This document shows positions 8,222 through 17,801 of a DNA stretch of 30,618 bases, in pieces. The stretch spans positions 1 through 30,618 of the forward strand of contig DAOVCM010000001.1 of NCBI GenBank assembly GCA_030670015.1, given 5' to 3'. A model generated the notes under the pieces. That model ran no database searches. It saw only the letters and a program-made list of their open reading frames with translations, and was not told the DNA's origin. The first letter of the stretch is position 1. Each line of letters begins with the position of its first letter. Source of the stretch: Candidatus Bathyarchaeota archaeon (lineage in GTDB: Archaea > Thermoproteota > Bathyarchaeia > TCS64). The translations under genes were made by a program, and so were the position numbers.

Positions 8222-10030
8222 CTACAAAAGGTAGACTATGATGGCGGCGAAAAAGAATACGATCGGTGCTATTATCAACCCAGCCGTCTTAAAGAGGCTG
8301 AAGCCGGATTCTAACACTTGTCTCAATGCACGCAATCCCTTTGAACCGAGCACGGACACCCCAGGTATCTTCGTCCTTACATGGTGGGCTCTACTCGTTC
8401 GAAGTCGTGAGACGGCTTTTTCAACCGTTTCTACGGTGTAGTCAATGACCTTCTGTTTATCCATATTTTCCCCGATGGGGAAATAGCCACTGCTAGTTGC
8501 ACCTATTGCGTTGACGAGATGAGTGTCGGAAGTCATGACCTCGACTTCGTCGATACCTCGGCCTCTCACAGCCCCGACGATGGCCTCCCTAAGCCCGCTC
8601 ATCATATTGTTACCATCGATAACAACGTAGGCAGATGTCTGGCCGTTCTCTAATCGCACAGCAATTGCGGCGATACCGCAAGGGCCCATACCGTCTTCCA
8701 ACCCCCATTCACGGGGAAGAACACGGGCGACGCCTACGGCAAAGTCGGATTTTGTAATCATCTTTGCACGAGACATAGCCGCAGTAGCTGCATCGTAAAG
8801 GCTGTCAACATCGTATTCATCGAGTTCACGGTCCAGCAATAAGCTGTGGTGAGAGTCCACGACTACGGCGGTAAGACCTAGCCCCATCGCTGCATCCATA
8901 ATCCTATCGGCTAGCTCCTCTGGAAGGTCATCATAGTTTTTTGGGGAGAGGGAAAGGGTGATGATGGCTACATCTCCGAAGAGCTGGCATGACGCTTGGG
9001 CTCCATCGCCCTCAGACCATATAAGGGACGAGGCAAGGGGGGAGTCACTTGAACACCGGAGATAGGAGAGAATGCTATCAGCGACCCTCTCTGAGTCCCT
9101 GCTCCGCGTCATATCTCTTTCGTGAGTCGAGATACCATGAGCTACAAGAGTCTCGCAACTCAGCCTTTGGCCTATTCTGTCCACCAGCACGCTGGGCAAA
9201 TCGCTACTACCCACGTTCTTAAAAGGACCTGGATGAATGTAGGGTACTATTAACGCGGCAATACAATCTCCTGTCACGTCGTCGAAGACTATGGAATCAA
9301 CCATTAGATCCCTTATCTCGCCGAGGGATGTTATCTGTTCCTCAAGGGGCTCGTTCACCTCCTCAGCCCAAGCGAGTACAAACGCCCTTAGGAGGGGGAT
9401 TAACTTCAGCCCTGGGTGTTTACTCCTCCACCTCCCCAAGACCCTCAACAATAACTCCACTCCTCCAACCAAAATGGCCACAGCCAACACGCCGAGGCCT
9501 AGTATTCGAGTTCCTTGAAAGGGGAAAAGTATAGTTGCCGCTGCGAAGCAGAGGCTTGGCTGCAAGAAAATGGATGTCAGATTCCTCAATGGATCATCGA
9601 TTGTAAGAACGTTAATACTCAGATAGCGTAGAGAGGTGTTGATTGCAACAGCCATCATGATGCCCCTGAGGATAATATCGGAGCGTACAGTTACTGCACT
9701 CATAACGGATGAGATGATGATTATCACAGTATAGACGATACTTGAGACATATGTCAAGATGGTGAACCTCCTTGGGTTCAGCAAGACATCACCTCTGAAC
9801 ATGGGCTGTATCAAAAAATCGGATAGTAAAAGGGGGAAAGCGAGTCCGAGGAGACCATATTGTAGACCATGGACTATACCTGTTGACATCGATCCAATAT
9901 CGAAGGAAAGGACTCCTCCTAGAGTCGAGATGGTGATTATAACAGCGATCATTGATCTTCGGGAGGGAAACGTGAAGAGTAATGAGTAGTAGTCCACAAT
10001 CCTCTCGGATGCTTCTCTTCCATCAGACAA
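8222..10030 (-). CDS. DUF2070-family archaeal membrane protein
   Basis: Multi-TM N-terminus, then HPGPFKNVGSSDLP, HGISTHE, DSHH, DGNNM and TSDTHLVN, and a C-terminal TM helix. Confidence 0.8.
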   Translation of the reverse strand: MSDGREASERIVDYYSLLFTFPSRRSMIAVIITISTLGGVLSFDIGSMSTGIVHGLQYGLLGLAFPLLLSDFLIQPMFRGDVLLNPRRFTILTYVSSIVYTVIIIISSVMSAVTVRSDIILRGIMMAVAINTSLRYLSINVLTIDDPLRNLTSIFLQPSLCFAAATILFPFQGTRILGLGVLAVAILVGGVELLLRVLGRWRSKHPGLKLIPLLRAFVLAWAEEVNEPLEEQITSLGEIRDLMVDSIVFDDVTGDCIAALIVPYIHPGPFKNVGSSDLPSVLVDRIGQRLSCETLVAHGISTHERDMTRSRDSERVADSILSYLRCSSDSPLASSLIWSEGDGAQASCQLFGDVAIITLSLSPKNYDDLPEELADRIMDAAMGLGLTAVVVDSHHSLLLDRELDEYDVDSLYDAATAAMSRAKMITKSDFAVGVARVLPREWGLEDGMGPCGIAAIAVRLENGQTSAYVVIDGNNMMSGLREAIVGAVRGRGIDEVEVMTSDTHLVNAIGATSSGYFPIGENMDKQKVIDYTVETVEKAVSRLRTSRAHHVRTKIPGVSVLGSKGLRALRQVLESGFSLFKTAGLIIAPIVFFFAAIIVYLL

Positions 10031-10140
10031 ACCGAGCCGTAGCCCCCATAACCCAAAAAGAGCCTACTAATCCTTCAATCTACGCCTATAATTGCTTATA
10101 GAATTTCAATACGGTGGACCTTGCGAAGGTTATGACGATC

Positions 10141-10311
10141 CTAAGGAAATAGGATATGAGCAACTATCACACTCAGGATTAGAGTTATGGCCCCCGCTAA
10201 CACAAATTCAGGTTTTATCTTCACACCATAGGCCTCGTCCTGGAAGAACCTCATCAGCCCTGCACTGGACGCCGGCATGGTCGTACTTTTCTCTTTTTTC
10301 TTCTTGCTCAC
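10141..10311 (-). CDS. Preprotein translocase subunit Sec61beta (56 aa), absent from ORF track
   Basis: MSKKKKEKSTTMPASSAGLMRFFQDEAYGVKIKPEFVLAGAITLILSVIVAHILFP*. Has the AGLxRFF...KIxP signature, a C-terminal TM helix, a GTG start and an upstream AGGAGA. Confidence 0.9.
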   Translation of the reverse strand: MSKKKKEKSTTMPASSAGLMRFFQDEAYGVKIKPEFVLAGAITLILSVIVAHILFP

Positions 10312-10453
10312 TGATAACTCTCCTGTTCAATTCAGGGTGAGCCTAGAAAAAAAGGTTTGCCTATTAAAAGATTCCTCTCATTCCTTTTGTTTGAATCTGG
10401 GTTAGATCTTGTATAATATTGAGGAAAGTAAGATCGTGTCATGATGTTGGGAT

Positions 10454-10889
10454 TTAGTATCGCCTTCGGCTTCTGCCGTCGTATCTGTCTCTGCCCCTGC
10501 CGCGGCGGGGATCATACGTGGCCCGTTCGAACTACCTGTTTGAGAGGTTGTTATCGAGATTTATCTCTTCGAATGGGACTTCGTCTTTTACCTCGTAGCT
10601 GTCATAGCGCCCCAAGTTGAGACGCATTGATCCTCTGAACAGGTTAACGTATCCATTGGATATTCGGAGTATTTGTTCATTGGACACGCCTTCTACGTCT
10701 TCGTCCCAGAGGGTTAGATATACGTTGCCTGTCTCGTCACCAACCAGGGCCTCGCAGACACGGTGTGTCGACGAGTCGGCTCTCAAGGTTACATCCCGCG
10801 GCTCGGTCTTTTAAACAACTTTGACGAGGGTGTTGACACCTCGAGAATAAGAATTCAAATCTCCGATTTTAACGGGTTCCCCACTTCAT
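10454..10889 (-). pseudogene. ssb: Single-OB-fold ssDNA-binding protein (TACK-type SSB), disrupted
   Basis: One frame reads SGEPVKIGDLNSYSRGVNTLVKVV*KTEPRDV...ALVGDETGNVYLTLWD...NNLSNR*FERATYDPRRGRGRDRYDGRSRRRY*. In-frame TAA at 10811-10813 and TAG at 10532-10534. The nearest ATG (10889) is one base out of frame. Confidence 0.8.
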
Positions 10890-10973
10890 TCTCCATGTAT
10901 AGTCATATGGGTACTCTCATTTTGTTGGTGGCTGATCAGCGTGTTACGCCTGATATAATTTTTGATGGTTTAC

Positions 10974-13900
10974 TCAGGTCCTCATGAAATCTTTAAGGCT
11001 GATCTGTTTCTCCTCAGTTTCCTCGTTAACCCCCACCTCCGGGAAAAGGGAGGCTATCTCATCCTTCACAAGCATGAGCCTGTCGAAATAATAGCTGTCT
11101 AGTCCATATCGCTCCACCATATCCAAAGCTGGTACCAAGTACTTCACTATGCCTCCCTTATAGACGGTCATGGAGATTTTACCCCCGCACCTTATGCACA
11201 CCCCTTTCAGCGGAGGCCGCCTGTACTTGCGGTTGCATTTGACACACCTGAACCTCTGACGTGTGAAAGCCCGCAGGTTCCCGACTATGTCCTTCATGAA
11301 GTGGCTGGTGAGGATTCGCTGTGCGACAATCTTAGCATCCACCGCCCTCAGTTTCTCAGATAGGTCGAGCTGGCTTTCTAGCTTCTCAAGCATGGTCTTG
11401 AGGGTATTATAGGCTCCTAGGTGAGCCCCCTGGTTGATGTCTGAGCACTCATTGGTATACTCAAAGCCCTGGAATTGAGCTTCGGTACCAAGCCTTCTCC
11501 CAATGGTGTCGACGAGGGCTCCGTACACCGCCGGGCTCGCCTCCTCGTTGCAGAGTTTATAAAAGTCTGGGGGGTAACGGGTCATCACGTCCACGTTGTG
11601 GGCCTCTTTGTCCACCTCGCTTGGATGGAGAATCGGTATCACATAGAGAGGGGCATCCATGAGGCCTCCGCTCTTCGTGGGGAGAAACTCCCGGGAGAAA
11701 TTAAGAAGGGGGTCGAGGCCGAGCATGATGGCGTCCTCGTCTCCGTCGCAGTTCCGTCTCTTCGCCGCGTGCCAAAGCGGGTGAGCGTAACAGACCCGGG
11801 TCTTTGTGTATCCTATGACCCTGCCTATGATCGTGGCGGATGTGTGGGGGGCTAGGCCGTGGATGAGTTGGCCTACTACATCGCCTGGTTCACGGATATT
11901 ATAGAATGGTTCCTGTCCGTAGAACTTTGTCAGTAGATCATCGAGGAATTTTGACACCTTTACAAGGTATTCGCCGCAATCCTCCGGGAGTACAACGTCT
12001 TGAACCTTCAGCTCAAGCATCTGCTCAGGTGATTTGAGGAGCGTTCCCTCCTTATCATGAGTGTAACCTAGTTCATACAGCCTCTCAACTGAAACCCCTA
12101 CCTCATGCGGTGTAAAGTGGGTAAGGGGGACATCTGTTATGTCGTACCTCAGGGTACCATCCTTGAACATAGAGAGGTCATACCGAGCCCGTAATAGTCC
12201 CTTCTCAAGGGGTTCTGGCACACGGTTCTTGTTCATGAGGCTCTTGACGCCTTTAAACCTCTTGGGAAGTTGGCCTCCAACCCTTTTTAAGGCGGTCTCT
12301 AGTAGAGCCCTGACGTCGATGTCTGTGGTGTGACTACCCACGGCGTCAACGTTGCAGACGGGGCATCTTTCGTCATCTAGCGGCCTTCCGCATCTAGGGC
12401 ACCTCCACTGGATGAAAGTCTCCTCCCCACAGGTGGAACATTTAACTCCAAAGGAAGGAGAGCCACAGATGGGGCAGTGACGGTTGACTATCTGTACAGA
12501 GGTTTTGCGCCCCCTACCTATCCTAATTATATCTCTTTGAGGTCCTCCCTCATTCCCTACTGGGAACAAGCCGTGCACGTATGGTGACATCTTCCTTTCC
12601 CTAGCTTTCTCCGGCCGTCCCATACGCGCGCCCACGTGCACCGGCGACTTCTCTCTCACGTCTACACCTGAGAGCTTTCGTATAATCGCTATAGGCGTCT
12701 CCGATGCACTCTCTACATACAGATGGTCTAGAGCCAGGCATCTCTCTAAGATGGGAGCGACTTCTTCGAAGTGAATTTTACCGTCTACGACTCTGTGTGG
12801 GACAAGAAGGTATTCCAAGGTTTCCTTGTCCTTCTCATCCAGTTCTACTTCAAACGGCTCTGAGGAGGGCCAGGAAGCCGCGAGGTTTTCCCTAAGTCGG
12901 AGAAGCGCCTCAGTGGACACTGAACTCCAAGGGTATGTGTACCGTGGGTGAAGAGGTACCCCCGCACGGGTTATGTCAAGCGCTTCATCAGGCGTGGGTT
13001 TTATCGATGGGTTTTCCATCAAAACCTTCAATCTCTCAGGAAGCACCCCACTAGTCTCGGACGCTGTATCTACACCCGGCTTCCTGAGAATCCGTTTCAG
13101 GTCATGGTGCCACTGGTTCTCATCGTAGCCAGTCTTCAGGAGATTCTTGTTGTTCTGGAGAAAGTCACCTGCGTTGATGAGAACATCACCCAGCGAAAGT
13201 ATGGAGTCCACGGAATCTAAGAGTCGCTCAGCTTCTTCATCGGTATCCACACGGAGGACCGTTCCATCCCTTAGCTTCACCACCGCCGGTTCTATCGAGT
13301 CCACAGGCGTGACTACTGCCGATTTCCCGGGGAGTTCTATTCTTAATTGGACTCCTGAGGTAAGAAACCTGTTGAGAATACGCATGGTGGCAGGGTGAAC
13401 GCCTACAGCCGCGAGACCTGTGTTCCGAGCCCTGCCATATCTAAGCCTGAAGCCTCCAACCGTGTTTGGGAAGGAGAATACAGGACGGCCTACAATTATC
13501 TCCTCCATGAAGCTGGCTGTTTTCTTGGAGAATTCTGAATTCTTTTGCTCAAGTTTTGAGAGCCATTCCCAGCCATCCAGGCCAAGTTTTTCACATATGC
13601 CGCAGAGCTTCGCCGCACGGCCGACGACGCCATCAACGACCACGATGAGAGCCCCGCCTCTGAGGCGGTTTGTCTCGATCCCAGGTATGTTCCTGTAATT
13701 GGAAACCTCGTAGCGTTCGGTGGATACTCCGGTTGCCTCGACAGGGAGATTCTTAATCGCGATCCTGATGTTCTCGTCTGTGACATGGTACTGGAACCGG
13801 CGGACCTGCCTCTCATAGAGGCGTACCTCCTCCACGAACCTTCCCACGTCGTCATCAGAGGGAAAAAACCTTTCCAGGCCGAGCCTCCGCCGGACAAAAT

Positions 13901-14384
13901 CAGCAACCACCAATGTAAGAGCTTGAGCAGTGCCTCCTGCAGGCCTGATCGGGCCCGCGAAGTAGACGGCAAGGTATTGACTGAGGTCGGTGTTCTTTTT
14001 GATCTTTATCTCAGGGATACCTTGGATCGGGGCGACCGTCACGCCTTCCGTGATGATTGCGAGGGCTGTCCTTATAGCCTGATCAGCTGCAGCTTCCCTC
14101 TCAAGTTTTCCGAATCGGCCGAGGATGATTTCCTCTGCAACCTTGAACGCCAACTCCCTTCGGTCCATTCCCTCCAGCTGTCGCATCCGCTCTCCTATGC
14201 CGGGAGGACCGATCAGTTTCTCAATTCGCTCTGCAATATCATGGGTTTCCTGTGGTTCTGGTATAAGGGTTGGGTCTAACCCCTTCTTACGCGCCTGTTT
14301 CGCGATTTCGTAAAGCTCGTTGACTCCATCCTGTAGATACTTGAAATACACCTGATATTCCGTGGACATATGGAGCTCGTTCAA
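10974..14384 (-). CDS. polC: DNA polymerase II (PolD) large subunit DP2
   Basis: YFAGPIRPAGGTAQAL, GRMGRPEK, RRNCDGDED catalytic motif, two Cys clusters and a C-terminal PIP-like QISLKDFM. 1136 aa with no intein-sized insert. Confidence 0.97.
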   Translation of the reverse strand: MNELHMSTEYQVYFKYLQDGVNELYEIAKQARKKGLDPTLIPEPQETHDIAERIEKLIGPPGIGERMRQLEGMDRRELAFKVAEEIILGRFGKLEREAAADQAIRTALAIITEGVTVAPIQGIPEIKIKKNTDLSQYLAVYFAGPIRPAGGTAQALTLVVADFVRRRLGLERFFPSDDDVGRFVEEVRLYERQVRRFQYHVTDENIRIAIKNLPVEATGVSTERYEVSNYRNIPGIETNRLRGGALIVVVDGVVGRAAKLCGICEKLGLDGWEWLSKLEQKNSEFSKKTASFMEEIIVGRPVFSFPNTVGGFRLRYGRARNTGLAAVGVHPATMRILNRFLTSGVQLRIELPGKSAVVTPVDSIEPAVVKLRDGTVLRVDTDEEAERLLDSVDSILSLGDVLINAGDFLQNNKNLLKTGYDENQWHHDLKRILRKPGVDTASETSGVLPERLKVLMENPSIKPTPDEALDITRAGVPLHPRYTYPWSSVSTEALLRLRENLAASWPSSEPFEVELDEKDKETLEYLLVPHRVVDGKIHFEEVAPILERCLALDHLYVESASETPIAIIRKLSGVDVREKSPVHVGARMGRPEKARERKMSPYVHGLFPVGNEGGPQRDIIRIGRGRKTSVQIVNRHCPICGSPSFGVKCSTCGEETFIQWRCPRCGRPLDDERCPVCNVDAVGSHTTDIDVRALLETALKRVGGQLPKRFKGVKSLMNKNRVPEPLEKGLLRARYDLSMFKDGTLRYDITDVPLTHFTPHEVGVSVERLYELGYTHDKEGTLLKSPEQMLELKVQDVVLPEDCGEYLVKVSKFLDDLLTKFYGQEPFYNIREPGDVVGQLIHGLAPHTSATIIGRVIGYTKTRVCYAHPLWHAAKRRNCDGDEDAIMLGLDPLLNFSREFLPTKSGGLMDAPLYVIPILHPSEVDKEAHNVDVMTRYPPDFYKLCNEEASPAVYGALVDTIGRRLGTEAQFQGFEYTNECSDINQGAHLGAYNTLKTMLEKLESQLDLSEKLRAVDAKIVAQRILTSHFMKDIVGNLRAFTRQRFRCVKCNRKYRRPPLKGVCIRCGGKISMTVYKGGIVKYLVPALDMVERYGLDSYYFDRLMLVKDEIASLFPEVGVNEETEEKQISLKDFMRT

Positions 14385-14397
14385 TACTTTGTCTCCA

Positions 14398-14736
14398 CTA
14401 CTCAGGACTGTGAATCCTGCATAGCATGACTGTGGACCATTTCTCCATTTCTCTGCCAGTCGAGGCCGTGTATGCTTCTGAAGCTATCCTGCTCCTGTGC
14501 GTGACACAGGTATCGCATCTGGGGTGCCGTAGGTCAGAGGGACCGTCGCACTCCCCGCAGTTGAGGAGGAGTGTCTCGCCAAGACTTCTGAGGGTGGTCC
14601 ATGAGTATTCGTTCTCGTCGTAGACGGGCTCAAAGTCAGGCCATATGTCAAATAGCCTCGGTTTCATCAAGGCCTTCTTAAGGGCGTTGAAGAAGCTCTC
14701 GAAGGATGTCACTTTATCACCTTCTAGTTGACTCAA
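14398..14736 (-). CDS. Hypothetical Cys-rich protein (CxxC-x8-CxxC)
   Basis: LNCGECDGPSDLRHPRCDTC. Overlaps the GGGP synthase gene by 20 bp and ends 13 bp before DP2. Confidence 0.7.
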   Translation of the reverse strand: MSQLEGDKVTSFESFFNALKKALMKPRLFDIWPDFEPVYDENEYSWTTLRSLGETLLLNCGECDGPSDLRHPRCDTCVTHRSRIASEAYTASTGREMEKWSTVMLCRIHSPE

Positions 14737-15472
14737 TGTAGGAGACGATCTCGTATATGCTTTCCCTTACACCTTTTGTCTTCTCTACAAGGGTTCCTGT
14801 CACGATAATGTTGGCGCCTGCCTCAACCGCCGCCCTTGCGATTGGACCAGATTTTATACCGCCACCCACAATCAAGGGCACCGATAGGTTGTTTTTAACC
14901 AGTTTAATCATCCCTAAAGGCACTGGGGCTTTGGCACCAGATCCAGCCTCAAGGTAGACGAAGCGCATACCAAGGGTCTCGGCTGCGAGACTGTAGCCAA
15001 GGGCTAGTTCCGGATAATCATAGGGGATGCCCCTCGCTTGGCCTACAAACCCTGCTGCTCCACCATCCCCTATGATTATGTATCCCATAGGAATGGCTTC
15101 AAGTTCATACCGTCGGATAAGATGAGCTGTGAGAGCCTGTACATCTATTAAATAGTAGGTGCTGGACGAGTTGAGAAGAGACATGAACCAGATGGCGTCG
15201 GCATAACGGCTCACCCCGGATATGTTGTTGGGGAAGAGGATAACCGGCACTTTTACCTTTGATTTGATCTCCTTTACAACCTCGTCCAGATCAGAGTTCG
15301 ATGCCATGGTGGACCCACCTACCATAATTGCGGATGTTCCAGCCTCATCTGCCTCAGCGGCGATTTTAATGCACGCCGAAGATTCTGTTTTTTGTGGGTC
15401 AAGGAGGGTCATATGGATCGCTCCCTTATCCCTAATCTTATCGTAGATGTACTGTTCTACAGTTTTACTCAA
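14717..15472 (-). CDS. Geranylgeranylglyceryl phosphate synthase
   Basis: TLLDPQK, AIMVGGST, ILFPNN, FVYLEAGSGA, VGGGIKS and IVTGT; PcrB/GGGPS TIM-barrel family. Confidence 0.92.
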   Translation of the reverse strand: MSKTVEQYIYDKIRDKGAIHMTLLDPQKTESSACIKIAAEADEAGTSAIMVGGSTMASNSDLDEVVKEIKSKVKVPVILFPNNISGVSRYADAIWFMSLLNSSSTYYLIDVQALTAHLIRRYELEAIPMGYIIIGDGGAAGFVGQARGIPYDYPELALGYSLAAETLGMRFVYLEAGSGAKAPVPLGMIKLVKNNLSVPLIVGGGIKSGPIARAAVEAGANIIVTGTLVEKTKGVRESIYEIVSYIESTRR

Positions 15473-15722
15473 CGGCTACTTCCTCCTGAAGTTTCCCTTC
15501 ATAGTAGCTGTCAGTGAAGAGACAGTAAGCATCAACCTCGCTCATCTGGGGCTTAGCAGGGAATATTCCGTTCAGACTGCAATTACTACAGATCACAACA
15601 GCCCTGTTTCTCTTCTTGTCTATTGTTCCTTTGACAGTGTTCTTACCACATCTTGGACACAGAAACAGCTCTGGCAGCTTCCTTCTTCTGACCTTTACAA
15701 CTTTTCTCCGCCTACGCCCCAT
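15465..15722 (-). CDS. elf1: Transcription elongation factor Elf1
   Basis: MGRRRRK basic N-terminus, FLCPRCG...ICSNC zinc ribbon and VDAYCLFTD. Confidence 0.9.
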   Translation of the reverse strand: MGRRRRKVVKVRRRKLPELFLCPRCGKNTVKGTIDKKRNRAVVICSNCSLNGIFPAKPQMSEVDAYCLFTDSYYEGKLQEEVAVE

Positions 15723-15754
15723 TTTCCTAGCCCCTCCTCTTCAAAATCAAATCA

Positions 15755-16576
15755 TCAAGTAACCGAACTAAGTCTTAAGATTAGTGGAAGCTGCCTTTTA
15801 TGTTTGTTAGCTCTGACACGCCCCAATATTCTCTGAACTAAAAGAGGCGAAACATCTAAACTCTCCGCTATTTTGTTCTCAGGTAATCCCTTCTCATATC
15901 CATATAGGATCAAATCTATGATGTCGTACGAGCTCCCCAGCTCCTCCTCGTCGGATTGCCCAATCCATAATCCTGCCGTCGGCGTTTTTTTGATGATTTT
16001 TTCAGGAATATTCAACTGCCTCGCAAGCTGTCGTACCTGGTTTTTATACAAGTCTACCATGGGCAAAAGGTCGACTGCGCCATCGCCATATTTAGTGAAA
16101 TATCCTGTTAACCACTCTGTTTTATTGGTACTGCCGATAACCATTCTATTCATAATGTTAGCATAGTGATAAGCAACGATCATTCTAGTCCTCGCTTTCA
16201 TGTTACCAGAAGAAACCATATCGTTGGGGTTATAGAGCGGTAGAACTCTTTTCATCAACTGAACCAAGGACGTGATATCAATGATATCACATGTTACATC
16301 TAACATATCTGTCAGCTGCATCACGTCTGTGATGTCACTCTCAGGTGTGATGTCACGCTCTGGCATGGTTATGGTTCTTACTTTTTTTGATTTCAACGCC
16401 TTGACTGTAAGAGCGAGAACAACGGCTGAATCTACTCCCCCGCTCACAGATACAATAGCGCCGTTAAGACCTGAGATCTCTACTTGTGACCGAATGAAAA
16501 AGGATATTTCCTCTATTACTTTAGGAGCGTCGAGTGTTAAAAACTCTGTAGATAACATACTTATTTTCAATAACAT
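15755..16576 (-). CDS. nadE: NH3-dependent NAD+ synthetase
   Basis: SGGVDSAV, GNMKARTRM, GSTNKTE, GYFTKYGDG, DLYKNQV, PTAGLW and HKR. Start at ATG 16576 or 16558; the ORF track extends to 16648. Confidence 0.93.
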   Translation of the reverse strand: MLLKISMLSTEFLTLDAPKVIEEISFFIRSQVEISGLNGAIVSVSGGVDSAVVLALTVKALKSKKVRTITMPERDITPESDITDVMQLTDMLDVTCDIIDITSLVQLMKRVLPLYNPNDMVSSGNMKARTRMIVAYHYANIMNRMVIGSTNKTEWLTGYFTKYGDGAVDLLPMVDLYKNQVRQLARQLNIPEKIIKKTPTAGLWIGQSDEEELGSSYDIIDLILYGYEKGLPENKIAESLDVSPLLVQRILGRVRANKHKRQLPLILRLSSVT

Positions 16577-16781
16577 TCTGTAGTTTAAGCGTTTTTCTTC
16601 ATGAAATATTACATATATCATTAAATATTTAATCAATAATACATACAAGTTTTAATAAATATGAATAGATACACTATGAATGTAAATGAAGTTGTATCAA
16701 AAAAGTTATCTCACACCGTATACAATTTTGTCTACGGTAACATAACGTGTTCAATAAAATGATATTCAGGAAAGTGAGTCT

Positions 16782-17243
16782 GTGTTGAATGAAAATAATC
16801 TACAAAATCTAGTTAACCGGTCATTTAAAGACCCAATTGCAGCAATATTACTTAAGAACAGTAATTTTACGACCGTTCAATATGAATGTCTTATTATTAA
16901 CTATATAATAGATAATTACTCTGATAAAGAGATTACTTATAATAAAAAGGCGTTATATAGGTCTAAAAAAGTAAGTAGGGGTTCATTTAGCCGTACTTTA
17001 TCTCAGGCAAAGAGGAATATAATTTCATCTATATACACAATATTACTTTTAACGTATATAGGAATCTTCGATACTGTCCCCTTTGATGAATATAAAAATC
17101 TAGCTGAAAAACTGAGTGAATATCTTGATCTGATTCAAAGTTCAGATACAACGCAAGCAAGACATTTTTTACGGCGTATAGAAAAGGAATTGATAGAAGG
17201 AATCCGTATTCTTGCAGAGACTCGAAGCTTAAAAAACGTGTGA
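16782..17243 (+). CDS. Conserved archaeal hypothetical protein with HTH-like segment
   Basis: KVSRGSFSRTLSQAKRNIISSIYTILLL resembles an HTH recognition helix followed by a long helix. Its stop codon lies inside the first TGTGATATCACA box. Confidence 0.65.
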   Translation: MLNENNLQNLVNRSFKDPIAAILLKNSNFTTVQYECLIINYIIDNYSDKEITYNKKALYRSKKVSRGSFSRTLSQAKRNIISSIYTILLLTYIGIFDTVPFDEYKNLAEKLSEYLDLIQSSDTTQARHFLRRIEKELIEGIRILAETRSLKNV

Positions 17244-17260
17244 TATCACATAAAATCACA
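17239..17260. repeat. Palindrome box 1 (TGTGATATCACA plus phased half-site TAAAATCACA)
   Basis: Perfect 12-bp palindrome at 17239-17250. The 22-mer is a 21/22 inverted copy of 17780-17801. Confidence 0.9.
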
Positions 17261-17779
17261 AAATAAAGAAGAAGTTTTTAGGTTAAGAGGTAACATTTCG
17301 GTAGGAGAGTATCTTTCATTTATACAAACTTTCATTAATTTGTAAAATACAAAATACGATCACAGTTATTAGTGCATCCATATCAGTAAAACGGGATTTA
17401 AAAATTAACATAGTATCGTAATTAATTTTCGAAGTTTCTCTATTATTTTTCTAATTTCTAATAACGCTTTGTTTCAAGCTAAAAATCGATATAGTTCATA
17501 TAACATACTATATTTATATTTCATCATATAATAGGATATATTTATAGTTTTAAAGATAAAATATTAATTATTATGGGATAAAAGATAAAGAAAATAAAAT
17601 TCTCAATTAATAATCATCGTCAAAAAATACATAATCACCTATCCTCTCAGACCAACTCTTAACAAAGTTGATCAATGTTAAAAAACATAAATATTTTATC
17701 TTACAAAATGTTGTAACCAAATAATACTTTAGTAGATTTATAAGAAATAATAATTATCCTTTTTCAGAGTCATTATTGA

Positions 17780-17801
17780 TGTGATTATATGTGATATCAC
17801 A
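17780..17801. repeat. Palindrome box 2 (TGTGATTATA plus TGTGATATCACA)
   Basis: Perfect 12-bp palindrome at 17790-17801, with a half-site 10 bp upstream. Confidence 0.9.

Noticed and set aside
10532-10534. Pyrrolysine or amber readthrough in ssb
   Set aside because: The same gene also has a TAA and a start-proximal frameshift. Other genes use TAG as a normal stop, and there are no pyl genes in the window.
10974-14384. Intein in DP2
   Set aside because: The length is typical and I see no intein or LAGLIDADG motifs.
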